A stretch of DNA of 64,000 nucleotides from the human T2T-CHM13v2.0 reference genome, Homo sapiens. The number at the start of each line of letters is the position of its first letter. The stretch's first letter is position 1. The position numbers and the translations under genes are program-made. The notes under the pieces are model-generated. The model did no database searches. It was not told the DNA's origin and saw nothing but the letters and a program-made list of their open reading frames with translations. Location: the NCBI RefSeq assembly GCF_009914755.1, contig NC_060939.1. The stretch is one strand, 5' to 3'. Shown here in pieces: positions 36,441 through 59,233 of the stretch.

Positions 36441-36580
36441 AGCCAGGTGCAGTGGTGCATATCCGTAATCCCAGCTACTTAGGAGGTTGAAGCAGAATTA
36501 TTGCTTGAGCCCAGGAGTTTGAGGCTAGCCTGGGCTACATAATGAGACCCTCATCTCTAAAAAAGAAAAAATAATTAAAA
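36441..36580 (+). mobile_element. Free Alu monomer (FLAM-like)
   Basis: Single arm GCCAGGTGCAGTGGTGCAT...TTGCTTGAGCCCAGGAGTTTGAGG...A tail. Confidence 0.85.
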
Positions 36581-36792
36581 ATTAAATCATCTGTGAGCTG
36601 TGGAAAAATGTAAGCAGCCTAAAATAAGTGTAATTGGAATCCTTGAAGGAGAGGCATGAACAATAGGAAAAAATGATTCAAGGAAACAGTACCTCTAAGA
36701 AAATGTATAAGTTAAACACCTCTATTAGAAAAGAAGCAGGGCCTCAAATCAGTTACCTTAATTTTTATCTTGAAAACTAGAAAAAAAAAAGC

Positions 36793-36940
36793 AAATTAAA
36801 CCCAGACAGAAGAAATGAAATAATAAAGACCAGAACAAAAAACAATGAAATAGTAAATGGAAAAATAAATTAAACCCAGACAGAAGAAATGAAATAATAA
36901 AGACCAGAACAAAAAACAATGAAATAGTAAATGGAAAAAT
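36793..36940. repeat. Perfect 74-bp tandem duplication
   Basis: 36793-36866 is identical to 36867-36940. Confidence 0.95.
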
Positions 36941-38420
36941 AGTAGAGAAAGTCAGTGAAACCAAAAGTGGGGTCTTTGAGATCAATAAAATTGATAAACC
37001 CATAGCCACATAATCAGAGGAAAAAGAAGATACAAATTAACAATATCAAGAATGAAAGAGATGACCTCAGTACAGATTCTCAAGATATTAAAAGGATTAT
37101 AAAGGAATATTATAAACAATTCTATGCCAATAAATGCAGCAAGTTAAATGAAATTCACAAATTATTTGAAAGGTACAAAATACCAAAGCCTATACAAGAA
37201 AAAAAATAAATGATTTGAATAGCTCTATGTTTATTAATGAAATCTAAGTTGTAGTTTAAAACTTTCTCACAAAGATAACTGCAAGCATCTATAGCTTCAT
37301 TGGTAAATTCTACCACACATATAAAGGAAAAATTTTACCAGCTCTTCCAGGAAATTGAAAAGGGTTTGTACTTCTCAACTCATTCATTCTTTGCGCCAGC
37401 ATTACCCTAATACAAAACCAAGAAAGACTACAGACAAATATTCCTCATGAAGAAAAGTGTGAAAATACTGAAAAAAATTTTAGCAAATCGAATTTGGCAT
37501 TATATAAAAAGGATACTACATCATGACCAAGTGGGTTTTATCCCAAGAATGCAAAACTAGTTTAACATTCAAAAACCAATCAACATAATTTTCCATATTA
37601 ATATACTGAGAAACAGAAGGTATACAATCATCTCAGTAAATGCAGAAAGAGCCTTTGGTAAAATCCACATTCGTTCTTGATTTTTAGAAAACACTCAGAA
37701 AACTAGGAATAGAAGAAAACCTCCTCAATCTTATATAAAGTATTTACAAAAAAGCCTACAGCTAACCTGACACCTAGTGATGAAAGAAAGCTTTTCCCCA
37801 AAGATCAAGAGGGAAATAAGGATGCCCTCTTTCACCACTTCTATCCAACATTTTCCTGGACATTCTAGCCAGTGCAGTCAAACAATAAATTATAATTAAA
37901 AAGCATCCAGATTGGAAAAGAAGAAGCAAACTATCTTTATTCACAGGTGACATGATGACATATGTAGAATATCTAATGGAATTTAAAAGCATTTTTTGGA
38001 ACTAGTAAGTGAAGTTAGCAGTGTTGTAAGATAGAAAATCAATATAGAGAGGTCAGTTGCATTTTTACAATTGCAATGAATAATTGCATTATTTTTAAAA
38101 ATAAATTTTAAAAATACTTTATTCAGTAGCATCCAAAAATATAAAATGTGAATAAATTTACAACTGAAACTTCAAAAGATTGCTTAAAGAGATGAAAAAC
38201 CTAAATAAAGGGTTAAGTGTACCATATACAGGGTCAAAAGACTCAATATTGTTAAGATGTTGGTTCTCCCCAGATCGCTTTAAATTCAGTACGATCTCAA
38301 TAACAATCCAAACCAGCTTTTTATGTAGAAATTAACAAGTTGACTTTAAAATCCATACATAAATCCAAGGATAGAGAATAAACAAAACAAACTTTGAAAA
38401 ATTGGAATAAAGTTAGAAGG

Positions 38421-38795
38421 CGTATTAGTTCTCACATTGCTATGAAGAGATACCCAAGACTGGGTAATTTATAAAGGAAAGAGGCTTAGTTGACTCACAG
38501 TTCCACATTACTGGGGAGGCCTCAGGAAACTTACAGTCATGGTGGAAGACAAAGGAGAAGCAGGCACCTTCTTCACAGGGCAGCAGGACGGAGTGAGTGC
38601 AAGCAGGGGAGATGCCAGACACTTATAAAACCTTCAGATCTTGTGAGACTCACTCATTATTCACAAGAACAGCATGGGGGAAACTGCCCCCATGATCCAA
38701 TGACCTCCACTCAGTCCTGCCCTTGACACGTGGAGATTATGGGGATTTCAATTCAAAGTGAGATTTGGGTGGGGACATAGAGCCAAACTATATCA
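38421..38795 (-). mobile_element. THE1-type solo LTR
   Basis: Homologous to the LTRs at 1-357 and 1968-2346; 5-bp TSD GAAGG/GAAGT; inserted in L1M ORF2. Confidence 0.92.
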
Positions 38796-39357
38796 GAAGT
38801 CTGACAATACCTGATATTAAAACTCATAAGAGTACAGTAATCAAAACTGTGATATTGATCAAATGTTCAACATGAAGACTATCATTAATAATATTGCATA
38901 GTGTACTAGAAAATTTGCTCTTACCACTCACAGACATACACACACATATGCACAAAGGGGTAACCGTGAAATGATGAATAAGCTAATGTGCTTGACTATA
39001 ATAACCATTTCACTATGTATAAGTGTATCAGAACATCATATCATATACCTTAATATATACAGTAAAGTAGTTTTTTTAATGTAGAGAATTAGATCAATGA
39101 AACAAATTGGAAAGTTAAGAAACAGTTTACATATGTGGACAACTGATCTTCAATAAGGATACAAAAGTAATTCAGTGCAAAAAAATCATCTTTTCAACAA
39201 ATTGTGGGATAATTGGATTTATATATGCAAAAGAAGTGAACTTTGGTTTACATCTCACTCATATGCAAAAATTACCTTAAAATGGATGGTATCCCTAAAT
39301 ATAAAACCTAAAGCTAAAAAAGTCTTCTAGAAAAAAACACAGGAGAAAATCTTTTTA

Positions 39358-39677
39358 TTTTATTTTTATTATTTTTTTTATTTCCTTAGATTATTGGCAT
39401 ACAGGTGGTGTTTGGTTACATGAGTAAGTTCTTTAGTGGGGATTTGTGAGATTTTGGTGCACCCATCACCCAAGCAGTATACACTGAACCCTATTTGTAG
39501 TCTTTTATCCCTGAGTCCTCAAAGTCCATTGTGTCATTCTTCTGCCTTTGCATCCTCATAGCTTAGCTGCCACTTATAAGTCAGAACATACGATGTTTGG
39601 TTTTCCATTCCTGAGTTACTTCACTTAGAATAATAGTCTCCAGTCTCATCCAGGTCGCTCAAATGCCATTAATTCAT
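39358..39677 (-). mobile_element. 5'-truncated L1PB1 3' end
   Basis: Reverse complement of the L1PB1 3' UTR seen at 15650-15985; perfect 15-bp TSD GAGAAAATCTTTTTA. Confidence 0.92.
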
Positions 39678-40656
39678 GAGAAAATCTTTTTAACCTTGTC
39701 TTAGGAAAAGATTTTCTAGAGACAATACCCCATGAACAATCCATAAAAGAAAAAATTAATAAATTGGACTTCATTTAAAACTTAAACTGCTTTTTGAGGA
39801 TAGTGCTAAGAGAATGAACAGATAAACTACAAGTTGGAAGAAAGTACTGCAAATCATATATGTGGTAAAGTACTTGTTTCTAAAATATGTAAAGAGCTCT
39901 CATGACTCAATTATTTTTGTAAAAACTATCCAATTAAAAATAAGCAAAAGCTTTGAACAGACTTCACCAAAGAAGATACATGGATAGCAAATAAGCAGGT
40001 GAAAAGACGCTCAACATCATTAATCCTTAGGGAAATATAACTTAAAGCCAGAATGAGATAGCACTACACACCTATGAGAATGACTAAAACCAACAATACT
40101 GAGCATACCAAATCTCAGCAAGGATGTGGAAAAACTGGTAAATTTGTACGCTGCTGGTTTTGAATGGAAAGTGGTGCAGCCACTTTAGAAAACAATTCAG
40201 CAAGTTCTTCAAAATTAGACATGTACCTAGTGTACAATCCAGCAAATTTTACTCCTATTTATTTACTTAAGAAAACCGAAAGCCTTTGCCCATAGCAAAG
40301 CTTGTACACAGATGTTTTTAGCATTCTTAGTGAGGGCTAAAAAACTGGAAGCAACCTAAATGCCCATCACAGGTAAACAGGTAAACAAATGGTGGTAGAT
40401 ACATACACTGGAATGCTACTCGGCTCTCAATCCAAAGGAGTGAATTATTGATAACGTGCAACAACAGTGATGATTCTCAAAATAATTACATGAAGTGAAA
40501 GAAGTGAGACAAAAAAAAAACTACATGTTGTGCAATTCCACTTATGTAAAGTCTAGGAAATGCATAGTGATCTATAGCGATGGAATGCAGGTCAGTGATT
40601 GCCTCAGATAGGGCTGAGGGCAGCAGTGAGCAGTGGGGATTACAAAGCAGCTGAGG

Positions 40657-40658
<2 letters not shown>

Positions 40659-40691
<33 letters not shown>

Positions 40692-40949
40692 GGGAGGCTG
40701 GAGTGCGGTGGTGCGACCTCGTCTCACTGCAAGCTCTGCCTCCTGGGTTCATGCCATTCTCCTGCCTCAGCCTCCTGAGTAGCTGGGACTACAGGCGTCC
40801 GCCACCATGCCTGGCTAATTTTTTGTAGTTTAGTAGAGATGGGGTTTCACCGTGTTAGCCGGGATGGTCTTGATCTCCTGACCTCATGATTCGCCCACCT
40901 CAGCCTCCCAAAGCGCTGGGATTATAGGCGTGAGCCACCGCGCCTGGCC
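40659..40949 (-). mobile_element. AluY with small internal deletion
   Basis: Poly-T, CTGCAAGCTC/GCCATTCTCC diagnostics; TGAGGAAT / TGAGCAAT flanks. Confidence 0.93.
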
Positions 40950-40999
40950 TGAGCAATCTTTTGAGAGTGGTAGATATGTATGGTATCTTGCGGTGATAA

Positions 41000-43346
<2,347 letters not shown>

Positions 43347-46159
43347 TATGGACACGTGTCAGCTTCTCAAATTGTAAACTTTAAATATGTGCATTTTATT
43401 TGGTGTCAATTGTATAAAGCGATTAAATTTTTAAAAGGACTGATGCAGACAGCACCTGGCATCTGGGATAAAGTGTATCATTTTCCTCTTTATGGCAGGA
43501 ACTGCCACGCCCCCTGTTTTCATGCTGCTGGAGACCAGCCGGCAGGTGGGGGGCAGTGGCTCTCCTTGTCAATCCTGGGCATGCAGGTGACAGTGCAGGG
43601 AGAGTGCCCTTCCCACATGGCCCCCGTTTGTAGCCACAGCTGTCCCTGCAAAAACTGTGCAGCCTGAAGTGAATTAACAAGACAGTTTTCAGATCTTCAC
43701 TTGCTTGTGGGTTTCACATGTCACATTTAACCTCCAGTTACATCGACTTTTTCAAACCCCACTTAGGCATCTTAGAATTTTATCATTTGCATTCTTTTAT
43801 GTTGAATAAGAGAGTTGTAGTACATGCCCCACTGTCTGCTTTCTGAAACATCCAGGTTGGAGTTAGCGCCTTCACACACTCTCCCTGGAAGCACCAGGCG
43901 CCATCCTCAGTGCAGCGGCAAGGCGGTGTCGGGGCTCTCTGCCCCCAGGTCTCTCCCCGCCTGGTTCCATTGGCTGCTGGGAAGGATGTTTGGATGGGAG
44001 GTCTTTGTGTTTTCAGGCAGGAAATATTATTTGCTCCGCTAGCCCTAGGCCTTACTAATTTACTGTGCAGTCTTCAACAAATTTCTTGATCTTCTGCTCT
44101 CTGTTTTCTCATCTGTAAAATTGAGGGCAGTGAGCAAGGTGACCTGTAGGTCCCAGGAGCGCCAAGGTAGTGCCGTATTTAGTACCAGGTTTTCCTAAGA
44201 GGAAATGGGGGCTACTTGGGGTCAAAACAAAGGAGAGTCTTTCTAGATAGGGAAGGACTAGCAGTGGGTCAAAACTTGCCAAGAAGGACTATGAATGGAG
44301 CTTTGCTTGGGGTTTAAAAGCTCTGATCACAGACTTGGAGGGGCTCAAACCCCTCGCTTTAGAAGGCAGAAACCAAGAACCACTAAGGACCTAGGACTTG
44401 CTGACGGTGTCTTTGGAGTTAAAGGTGGAACTGAAGTTAGAGCTGATTTTCTTCCTGTCACATCCAGTAAGACTGGGAATGGTTGGGTGCCAGAGGCAGG
44501 TTCCAGAAGGTGGGAAGAGTCCTGTCTGCATCCCCAGGGTCCTAACCTTGAGGAAAGCTTGCTGTCCTTTTGTCCTGCTTCACACTCCCTTTGGTTAAAG
44601 GTTTCACTCAGAGCCCGATGGAAACCTTCAGGAAAAAAGGGCCCCAAACCGAGGCGAGGACACTGGGGAAGCCTTGGGTGGTTTCTGTGTGGGGCGGCCC
44701 CTGCTCTGTGAAGCACAGGGGAATAGGACTCCATCGCTGTCATCGTCACTCATGCCCTGGTGCAGACCTGCAGGAACATTGCCTGCTGTATACAGGGCAA
44801 ATGGGCACTGTGCCGGGAGAAGCCTGTAGGAAGAGAGGCCTGGAGGGATGAGGAGGGAACTCCGACCATGAGCATGCACGGAGCTCCGTGAAGGAGGGCC
44901 TTGACAGACAGAGGCATGGTGGGTGGAGACGGGTGGAGAACATCCGGGCAGAACACAGAGCATGCGCCGTGGCGTGCTGGCAGGGACGTATATGCTGTGT
45001 AAAGGCAGGGAGTAGGTCCAGGTGCCCTGGGAAGAGTGTGTGTAGAGAAACGTCGTGGAAGAGGAGACGCCAAGGAAGACCCGATGCGAGGTCATGGCTG
45101 GTTTGCGTGCTTTGTGGAAACTGCCATAGACTGGCTTTTGTCAGCAATGGCAGAGAGAGGGGGTTGCATTTTTCTCCTTTTAGTTTGCTTTTGAGGTCTC
45201 CCTCTCTCTGTAGAGTGGCTGTGAACTCCAGCCCTGCCCTGATGGGGCTCCAGGGGAGGTGGTTGTGCATGTTTATGATGTGCCTTCACGGGGTACTTCT
45301 TTATCCTGGTGGATGGCAGAATCCCTGTGTCTGACCTGTGCCCAGGTCTCTCATGAGAAACTTGTTTACCCTCTTAGATACCCTTGAGTCTCTTGTCTGT
45401 GTCTGGTGTATTTATTTATTTAGCCTACCAAGATAGCCACTCTTCAGGAGAGTTCTGAATTTGGAAAGAAGTTAGGATCAGGTGTGTTGGTCAAGTGAGA
45501 CACAGAGGAGGCCACTCAACAAAACCCATGAAATACCAGAAGCAGTGAGTTCCTCGCAGGTCCAGAGAGAAGAGGGCAGCACGCTGGACTGGGGGAGCCG
45601 TCAGGACCCTTGTGCTCGCCAGCAGGTGGGGAGCAAGAGAGATGGAGTGTGGGCCCTGAGAGCTGAAGCCTTTATGGGGTCCAGGCCATCACCCCAGCAG
45701 GTTCCCAAGAAGTTGTAATTCGTTGGCTTAGATCAGGTAGGCACAAGTTACGGGAGGCCATGTTGTGAGGGAGAGGTGGTCATGGCAGCATATCTGGGCA
45801 GTCCATGCCGGGTGTGAGGGTCTGCAGGGTGGGTCAAGTAGGTTGCATCTAGCTGTCCCTTAGGGACTTGGTCACCAGGAGGCAGCTATATAAGGCACAT
45901 CTCTGGATCGACCATTTTGAGGGCCTGGGAAGAGGTGGAGACGTGGAAACTTTCAAGGATGACTAAGCCCTGCTTCTGGTATGAGAAAGTCCAACATATA
46001 TTCAAAATAGGTACCAAGAAAGCATAACATTGTAAGAATTCACTGCAGTGGATCATCTGAAGGGTCTAAGGTGAGAAATGAATATGTAGTGTAGAAGTTG
46101 AAGAGGCATCCACAGGAATGATCTCTAATGAACTGGATCTGCCTCCAAGATAGAGATCA

Positions 46160-46534
<375 letters not shown>

Positions 46535-46589
46535 TTACAGATAGTTCCACGCACACACAGAACTCACCACTCTCAAATATTTTCCCCAC

Positions 46590-47620
46590 TAGTATTACTA
46601 TTAAATTTTTCAAACATGCAAAAGATGAAAGAATTGCTCAGTGAACACCATGTACCCACCACCTAGATTCTACAATTAACATTTTACCCTACTTTCTTTA
46701 TCACATATATGTACCTATCCATCTATCCATTCTTCCATGAATCCATCAATTCATCTAATTTTTTATATATTTCAAGTTAAGTTGCAGATATGTAGCTTAT
46801 GTTTCACCTTAAATGTTTCTGCCTGGCTATTATTAACTGGAGTGCAATATGTTTTTGGTTCTTCTTTATGGTAAAATCTATGTTCAGTGAAATGCACAAG
46901 ACTTAGGTATGCCATTAATAGGTTTTGACGAATAGACAAACCTTGTGTCTGAAACTGTAATAAAAAAATCAAACACTACCTTGCTTTCAAAAAGTTTCCT
47001 CACTTCTTTTCTTGGTCAAAACCCCTCCCCACCTCAGCCCACCCCTCAGCAACCATTGTTCTCAATTTTTTTTTTTGCATTCCTAGATTGATTTTGCTTG
47101 TTCCATAACCTCGTATAAATGAAAGTGTACAGTGTGCAAGGTTTGTGTCTGGTTTTTCCACCAAGCACATTTCTGAAATTCATCTATGTTGAGTATATTA
47201 GCAGTTCATTTCTTTTGAAGAAAGAATGAAGTGTGCTAAGTAGTGTTTCATTGTGTGGCTATACCACAGTTTTTTTTTTATCCATCACTATTTGATGGGT
47301 ATCTGGGTGGTTTCTGGCTTTGGCTACTATCAGTAAAGCTACTACAGACATTTCTGTAGAAGTCTTTTTATGGAGATGTGGCTTTGTTTTTCTTGGGTAA
47401 ACACCTATTAGTGAACTCTCTGGATCCCAGGTAGATGTAGCCGGGGTCATAGGCAGAGGTATGTTGAGTATTACAGAAACTGCTAGGCCTTTTCAATTGT
47501 GTTCATATTGTTTTATACTCCCACTGTAACAACATACGAGAGTCCTGCTTGCTCCATCATCTTTGATGTTTAGTGTTGTCAGTCTTTTTAACTTTAGCCA
47601 TTCTAGTGCATTTGTATGTC
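46590..47620 (-). mobile_element. Ancient L1ME-type 3' end
   Basis: L1 antisense 3' motifs (AACCATTGTTCT, TTTCTGAAATTCATCTATGTTG, CATTTCTGTAGAAGTCTTTTTATGG). Confidence 0.7.
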
Positions 47621-47691
47621 ATTCCATTGCAGTTCTTTTTTTTTTTTTTTTTTTTTAATCAGTAATGTTTAGTCAAAGTCTGATATTGTGG

Positions 47692-48180
47692 TGTACTAGT
47701 CATCTATTGCCGCATACAAAATCATCCCAAAATTTAGCAGCCTAAGATAACCATCATATATTTCTTACACCATTTCTGAGGCTCATAAATCCAAGCGTGG
47801 CGTAACTGGCTCACGGTCCTTCTCGAGGTTGCAGTCCAGCTGGGGCTGCAGGACCTTCTTCCATCCCCACTCGCAGGGCTGCTGGTGGCCTCAGTTCTTC
47901 ACTGGCGGTCAGCAGGAGACCTCAGAGCCTCACCACAGCCTCTTCCCTGGCTGCCTGGGCAACCTCGTAAGGCATCAGTTGACTTCCCTCAGAGCAAGTG
48001 ATCAGAGAGAGATAAAGAGACAGCTTACGATGGAAGCCACAGTCTGTCATGGAGTAATCTCGGAAGTGACATCCCATCACATGGGCTATAATCCATCGGT
48101 CATACAGACTAACCCTAGTACAAAGTGGAGGGGGCCACACAGAAGGATCCTTGGGGGCTATCTTGGAGGGTGGCCACCCC
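47692..48180 (-). mobile_element. MLT1-family solo LTR
   Basis: TGTACTAGTCATCTATTGCCGCAT..CCCAAAATTTAGCAGC...GGAAGTGACATCCCATCAC...GGGGGCTATCTTGGAGG. Confidence 0.75.
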
Positions 48181-49153
48181 GTGGGGAGAAGGTGGAAGCA
48201 GCCGCCTCAGGGAGGCAGATTGTAATCAGGACCCATAGGAGTAGCAGGGAGCCCATGTGTTTCTGTGCAGTTTGCTGAAGCCAGTCAGAACATCCTGAGT
48301 CTGACTTATCACCCTTCTCTGACCTGCTGGGGTTCCTGAACCAAGTAGTTTAACTTGCCAAGCCTTAGTTTCTGCAGTTATAAAATGGTGGTATGAATGA
48401 ATGAAACAAGGTATCCGCAACACTGAAATGGAACATAATAGGGCCTGAACAGAGGACAGTTATGAATATTTCCATACAAAATGCAATTTCATGCCCTTCA
48501 TCAATGGTCATTTTCTCTCATTTTACTTTTGAGGACTAGATTTGCCAAAGTCCCTCTGGGGCCAACCCAGTACACCACTGAGAAGCCCTTTGAAAAAGCC
48601 AGCTTTATCATCGTTTTGTTTTTATTTCTTGATATTTGGAAAGTTTTCTTCCTTCTGCTTCTATGTGTCCTCTGCCTAACTAGTCATGGTGACTCCTTGG
48701 ATAGTATTCTCCATGGTTTCTTGTAAAATATTGATGCTTACCTTGCAATCTTGCAGCTTTTAGCATGAATTATTTTGCCGATTATAATCAGGCCTCTAGG
48801 AATAAACACCACTGATTTTAATTTAATGTTAAATTTGTACTAAGAGTGAATCATAATGGTCGGACTAATCTAAATGGTGCAAGTATATAAAACTACATGT
48901 CCATGTGCTCAGTTCCTGCTTGTTTATGTTTTGTTATAAAGTAACAGCTTTTTAACATCAAATATATTCCAAGTAGCCACCTTACAGTCACACTGCAAAA
49001 CCTACTACAAAGCAAAGCCAACAAGACAAAGTCAAAATATTTCAAAGTTTCTTACTGAAGTATTGCATACCTCTAGAAATCACAACATAACTGTACAACT
49101 TAATGAATTCTCAGAAAATATAGCATCGGTGCAAATATCATTGAAATCAAATC

Positions 49154-55393
<6,240 letters not shown>

Positions 55394-55527
55394 TAGACAT
55401 TTCTTTGGATTTGTTAAGATGGAGTTATCAGTGACTCGTAAATAACAAATTGAGATGGGAGCCAGATTGGGGTGATTTTATAGAAAACTAGAGGGGAGCA
55501 AGAGGTGAATCTACATCTAGATAAGCC

Positions 55528-56127
<600 letters not shown>

Positions 56128-56442
56128 CTTTTTATTTTATTTATGTTTTTATTATTTATTTATTTATTTTTTTTTGACAGAGTTTCACTCTTGTTGACCA
56201 AGCTGGAGTGCAGTGGTGAGGTCTTGGCTCACCTGGGCATCTGCCTCCTGGGTTTGGGTGGTTCTCCTGCCTCAGCCTCCCGAGTGGGTGGGACTGCAGG
56301 CATGCTCAGCTAATTTTGCTTTTTTTTTTTTTTTTTTTTTTTTTTTTGGTGGAGATGGGGTTTCTCCATGTTAGTCAGGCTGGTCTCAATCTCCTGACCT
56401 CAAGTTATGTGCCTGCCTCAGCCTCTCTGGGTGCTGGGATTG
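56128..56442 (-). mobile_element. AluSp/Sq-like element with clustered A-to-G substitutions
   Basis: Alu backbone is clear; for example consensus TTCAAGCGATT reads TTTGGGTGGTT and TTAGTAGAG reads TTGGTGGAG. Confidence 0.85.
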
Positions 56443-56490
56443 GAACAGGAATTAAAAGACATTTAAAAATGTGTAAGCAAAAACAGTTGT

Positions 56491-56521
<31 letters not shown>

Positions 56522-56668
56522 CCATTTCCCCCTGAGAATGAGAAAGAGCTGGAGTCCTTTAAAAGAAACTGCCTGTTTTTCTATGGCTAGTGAGCCTTAT
56601 CTCTTCTCCCTTCCCAGGCATTATAAAACTCTAATTCCCTAACTGTGCAACTACAAGGTCACTAAACA
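56443..56668 (+). mobile_element. ERV1-class LTR/internal fragment
   Basis: GAACAGGAATTAAAAGA...CCCCCTGAGAATGAGAAAGAGCTGGAGTCCTTTAAAA...GGCTAGTGAGCCTTATCTC, recalled as ERV1-derived. Family not determined. Confidence 0.5.
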
Positions 56669-57287
56669 AATTGGTGCATTTAAAACCCTTTAGCCACACA
56701 AGTTCTCCAAGTCCCCACCAGATTAGCTAGATACAGAGTGCTGATTGATACATCCACAAACCCCAAGCTACACACAGAGTGCTGACTGGTCCATTTACAA
56801 TCCTTTAGCTAGACATAAAAGTTCTCCAAGTCCCCACTAGATTAGCTAGACAGAGTGCTGATTGGTGCATTTGCAAACCTTGAGCTAGACACAGAGTGCT
56901 GATTGGTGCATTTACAATCCTTTAGCTAGACATAAAAGTTCTCCAAGTCCCCACCAGATTAGCTAGATACAGACTGCTGATTGGTGCATCCACGAACCCC
57001 AAGCTAGACACAGAGTGCTGACTGGTGCATATACAATCCTCTGGCTAGACAAAAGTTCTCCAAGTCCACACCTGACTCAGGAGCCCACCTGGCTTCACCT
57101 AGTGGATCCCACGCCAGGGCTGTGGGTGGAGCTGCCCGCCAGTCCGGCACCATGCGCCTGCACTCCTTGGCCCTTGGGCGGTCAATGGGACCTGGCGCTG
57201 CGGAGCAGGGGGCCGCGCCTGTTTGGGAGGCTCGGGCGGCGTCGGAGCCCACCGAGGGGAGAGGGGGTCTCGAGCATGGCGGGCTGC
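56669..57287 (-). mobile_element. LTR12 (HERV9) U3 fragment with tandem CCAAT enhancer repeats
   Basis: Repeated GAGTGCTGATTGGTGCATTTACAATCC...AGCTAGAC units followed by the GC-rich LTR12 segment (GGAGCTGCCCGCCAGTCC...GCCCTTGGGCGGTCAATGGGAC). Confidence 0.92.
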
Positions 57288-57491
57288 ATTCTTACATACA
57301 AAAATTGAGAAAATTCATCACCAGCAGAATTGCACTACAAAAATATTGAAGGAAATTATTCAGGCAGAAAAAAATGATGAGAAGAAAATTAAATCTATAC
57401 AAAAAAACAAAGAATAAAAAAGTAAATATGTGAATAAATATAATGAATTGTTTTCCTTAATTTTTGAACCTATTTTAAACATAAGCTGCTG

Positions 57492-57805
<314 letters not shown>

Positions 57806-58074
57806 TAAAGCAGAAATAACAACAACGAATTGTGAGCTTTATAACATATGTAGACATAAAATGTATGACAATATTAGGAAGGGTAGAAGGAGAATGCTAG
57901 ATTATTCTGGTGTGAGGTTCTTAGGAATTTGCATATCATTATGTACATTATATAAATAAGGCTATGATACAAAGTTCTAATATACATGAGGTTCATATAT
58001 ATGAATTTGTATATCATTACTTGAAAGTCAACTGTGATAAATTAGAGTTATACACTGTTAAAAAAAGATGTATA

Positions 58075-58375
<301 letters not shown>

Positions 58376-58633
58376 CTACTTTATAGATGTTTTTAAGGTT
58401 TTTTTTTGTTTGTTTGTTTTTTTCAAATTTTATATACAGTATTTTTAGTTGCTTTCAGAGGGATAGGGTTGTCCAGGTAGCTTGCCCACCATACTGCAAG
58501 AAATGAAAATCCTACATTCTTGATTCAGTGAATTACTAAAACAATAAAATGTGTTAAAAAAAAAATTCCAGGTACCTTGAAGCCCTTAGAGGAAAGATCA
58601 ATCCACAAATGTGAAACAACTAATGTTTAAGTA

Positions 58634-59233
58634 TAAAATAGAAAACATACTCAATGAAAACATTAACAGCAAGAGATAGACACATTTAATTTTTAAAACA
58701 CTGCAATATATTTCAGATGTTAATTTTGGTGCTGTTTGTTGGAAAGTAGGCATGGAGACTAAAATTATATTTGTGTGTGGTGCTATGTTTAGTTCTGTTT
58801 TTTATTTTAAAAATAAATACAGATAATCAGTTTCCCCATATCACGGAGTCAAAGTGTGTCTTCTCTCCCCTGCTCTGCAGTGTCACCTCTGTCACATCAA
58901 TGGACATGTCTCTTTCTAGGCTCTATTTGGTTGTGTTGGCCTACTTATCTCTGTGCCACACTATCTCAATTAATAGTCTTTACTTTTAATATATATTTTC
59001 AATATATGCAATGTTTTGGCCTACCATTAATATCTTTTTTCAAGAATTTATGTTTGCCCTTTTTCATTTGCATGTAATTTCTAAAATCAACTTTAGTTTA
59101 CCTATTGGGATGTTGACTGAGAATACATCTATAAATTTGAGGAAGATTAATTGATATTAGTGTAAAATAGAAAACATAATGAAAACATTAACAGTAAGAG
59201 ACAGACACATTTAATTTTAAAAGCACTGCAATA
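58634..59233. repeat. ~72-bp direct repeat pair (58634-58708 and 59163-59233)
   Basis: TAAAATAGAAAACATA..ATGAAAACATTAACAG.AAGAGA.AGACACATTTAATTTT.AAA.CACTGCAATA occurs twice. Confidence 0.9.

Larger units (their letters stand above)
34370..40640 (+). mobile_element. Long ancient L1M (5' region, ORF1, ORF2, 3' UTR) with multiple later insertions
   Basis: Colinear degenerate motifs: ORF1-like 36100-36700, ORF2 (CATGACCAAGTGGGTTTTATCCCAAGAATGCAA at 37522; TTCACAGGTGACATGAT near 37940), 3' UTR near 40400-40640. Confidence 0.8.

Noticed and set aside
44295-45334. Cluster of overlapping 100-170 aa ORFs on both strands
   Set aside because: GC-richer sequence with few stops in many frames at once; no recognisable domain or convincing exon structure.
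56690-57065. Regularly spaced repeats resembling a CRISPR array
   Set aside because: Eukaryotic context; the intervening sequences are themselves repeated; this is the LTR12 U3 tandem array.
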